Positions 23,693 to 25,459 of a stretch of DNA of 25,459 nt are shown here, piece by piece. A program made the translations under genes and the position numbers. Below the pieces are notes generated by a model that saw only the letters and a list, made by a program, of their open reading frames with translations, had not been told where the DNA came from and made no database searches. The stretch's first letter is position 1. Each line of letters starts with the position of its first letter. The stretch covers positions 1 to 25,459 of IMG/VR virus record IMGVR_UViG_3300024500_000099. The stretch is one strand, 5' to 3'. This stretch comes from a virus. Its lineage: Duplodnaviria > Caudoviricetes.

Positions 23693-25167
23693 TGTATGGT
23701 ATTGTGTTCACAGGGTTTGCCAAAGATAATCCATCCACTGGAAGATCCACTGGCGGCTATAGGATAGCTACTCATGTTAGAAAATTAGGTTGGGACATTG
23801 AAGTTATCGATTATGTGTCTTATTGGAATCTAACAAACATTAAAAAATTAGTAAGCAACAGAAATAAAAAACATGCGATTAAATGGATTGGGATTTCAAT
23901 CACTTGGAATTTATACGAGCCAATTGTAAAAAATATTATAGATTATTTTAAAAAGCATCATCCAGAAGTTATAGTTATAGTAGGTGGCAATCAAAATTTC
24001 AATTTAGATCTAAACGCTGATTACTATGTTTACGGATTTGGAGAAAGAGCAGTAGAGGCTATTCTCAAATATGAATTCTCAAACGGTCAAAAGCCTTCCG
24101 GTGTTCCCTGTTATAAAGGTTGGGCAATCAATGCCTTACATTTTTACCCTGCATGGCCTATGGACGATTATTCAGTCGAATATGAAGATAGAGATTTCCT
24201 AGCGGAAGACGATGTTCTAACTTTAGAACTTTCGAGAGGATGCAAATTCAAATGTAAATTTTGTGAGTTTCCTGTGCTAGGAGTTAAAGAAGATACGTCT
24301 GTGTCTGAAGAAATCATGTATCGAGATTTAAAAGATGTCTACGATAAATGGGGGATTAAAAATTATATCATAGCCGACGAAACTATTAACGAACGAGATG
24401 AAAAAATTATAAAATTAGGAAACGCTGTTAACCGTGTTGGATTCGAACCAAACTTTACAGGGTTTATTAGATTAGATTTGTTCAATGCAAATAGACATCA
24501 AATAGAGTTATTGGCCAGAGCAAGAATTTGGGGACATTTTTACGGAGTTGAAACTTTAAATCATCGAGCAGGGAAAACGATAGGAAAAGGATTAGATCCA
24601 GAAAAAAATAAACAACTAATGCTCGACACTAAAAATTACATGTTGTCGACCTTAGGATACTATAGAGGAACTGCATCATTCATAGCAGGACTTCCTTACG
24701 AAACGAAAAATGATATAGAAAACACCCATCAATGGTTGAGAAGCAATTGGCAAGATCAGCATTGGCACTTTTGGCCCTTATTGATTCCTAAAACTACAAA
24801 TTATAGATTAAGTGCATTTGGTGAAGATTTTTCTAAGTATGGCTATAGAGAATTAACCCTCGACGAACTAAACGTTTATAAGAAAACACACGAAGATGTG
24901 TATACTGGATTTTTAACCAAACCCCAAGTATTATGGAAAAATGATGAGGGAGATTTTTTTGAATTCAGTGAAATGGCTGAGAGGCTAGATTCTATCAATG
25001 GCGAGGAGCCAAGCAAGATAGGAAATTTTACAGTATGGGCTTTGATGTCTTTGGGATTAAGTCCGGAAGAAGCAATGTCCGAAACATCTCATTACGATCA
25101 TACGAAGTATAAAAAAATTAAAAATCATAAAATCTTTTCTTACATAGAAAAAAAATTATCTCTTTAA
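23692..25167 (+). CDS. B12-binding-domain radical SAM enzyme (class B methyltransferase-like)
   Basis: N-terminal cobalamin-domain pattern (IGIS...VIVGG...GFGE), then SRGCKFKCKFC, ADET, GVET, IAGLPYET. Confidence 0.85.
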   Translation: MYGIVFTGFAKDNPSTGRSTGGYRIATHVRKLGWDIEVIDYVSYWNLTNIKKLVSNRNKKHAIKWIGISITWNLYEPIVKNIIDYFKKHHPEVIVIVGGNQNFNLDLNADYYVYGFGERAVEAILKYEFSNGQKPSGVPCYKGWAINALHFYPAWPMDDYSVEYEDRDFLAEDDVLTLELSRGCKFKCKFCEFPVLGVKEDTSVSEEIMYRDLKDVYDKWGIKNYIIADETINERDEKIIKLGNAVNRVGFEPNFTGFIRLDLFNANRHQIELLARARIWGHFYGVETLNHRAGKTIGKGLDPEKNKQLMLDTKNYMLSTLGYYRGTASFIAGLPYETKNDIENTHQWLRSNWQDQHWHFWPLLIPKTTNYRLSAFGEDFSKYGYRELTLDELNVYKKTHEDVYTGFLTKPQVLWKNDEGDFFEFSEMAERLDSINGEEPSKIGNFTVWALMSLGLSPEEAMSETSHYDHTKYKKIKNHKIFSYIEKKLSL

Positions 25168-25458
25168 CTTACCAATTATCATAAATCTTTTATACAAAGG
25201 TAATTCATATTCTCCGCTCCAGAGAATATCTAGATCACTCTGTGATTCAAAAGTTTTTAAACTATCTGCGATCCTAATATGTTCGGGTATTTCGTAATTG
25301 TTGCTTTGAACAACAACTAACGATTCGGGTGATATATTATTCAACCACTGGTTGTATTGATCTTGTGTGATATGTTCACAACTAGTGTTGATTACCACAT
25401 CAGCATTGTAGGTTAAATCACACATATCAGCAGTTATGGCTTGAAATTTTCCTACCAT
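25156..25458 (-). CDS. Partial (5' truncated) class I SAM-dependent methyltransferase-like protein
   Basis: ITADM...DVVINTSCEH...VVQSNNY...YKRFMIIG; the frame runs off the window edge. Confidence 0.55.
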   Translation of the reverse strand: MVGKFQAITADMCDLTYNADVVINTSCEHITQDQYNQWLNNISPESLVVVQSNNYEIPEHIRIADSLKTFESQSDLDILWSGEYELPLYKRFMIIGKLKR

Positions 25459-25459
25459 A

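Noticed and set aside
786-23775. Numerous 60-130 aa antisense or alternate-frame ORFs in the track
   Set aside because: They shadow well-supported genes or tRNAs and have no motifs.
7096-25459. Classical RiPP cluster with a precursor peptide
   Set aside because: Genes overlap or abut, leaving no room for a small precursor ORF, and no PqqD/RRE, peptidase or exporter was recognised. A precursor could lie outside the window.
1-25459. Stop-codon recoding, CRISPR array or mobile element
   Set aside because: Genes are intact and densely tiled in the standard code. I saw no suppressor tRNA, repeat-spacer array, transposase or integrase.

Overview
The window looks like part of a large (jumbo/T4-like) dsDNA bacteriophage genome read in the standard genetic code. 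Left arm (1-5610): six CCA-encoded tRNA genes (Thr-TGT, Cys-GCA, initiator-like Met-CAT, Gly-TCC, Arg-TCT, Thr-GGT), two ~240-270 nt non-coding segments that fold extensively by eye, three near-consensus sigma70 promoters, translation initiation factor IF-1, a Cys-based phosphatase, an HExxH peptidase and a metallophosphoesterase. After a strong terminator comes a Gly/Ser/Thr-rich fibre-like virion gene (5657-7000). It is followed by an ~18 kb run of 21 tightly packed genes (7096 to the window end), mostly tailoring enzymes: six radical SAM enzymes (one B12-binding), five 2OG-Fe(II)/AspH-like oxygenases, a membrane desaturase, an amidinotransferase, a QueC-like PP-loop ATPase, a PLP-fold enzyme, an ATE/Bpt-like aminoacyl-transferase domain, and GNAT-, kinase-, SDR- and methyltransferase-like proteins. 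The fibre gene and this cluster share T4-late-like (T/C)ATAAATA motifs. The best candidates for undescribed biology are this late-expressed modification cluster and the two structured RNAs in the tRNA array. All family calls come from motifs read by eye; no searches were run.
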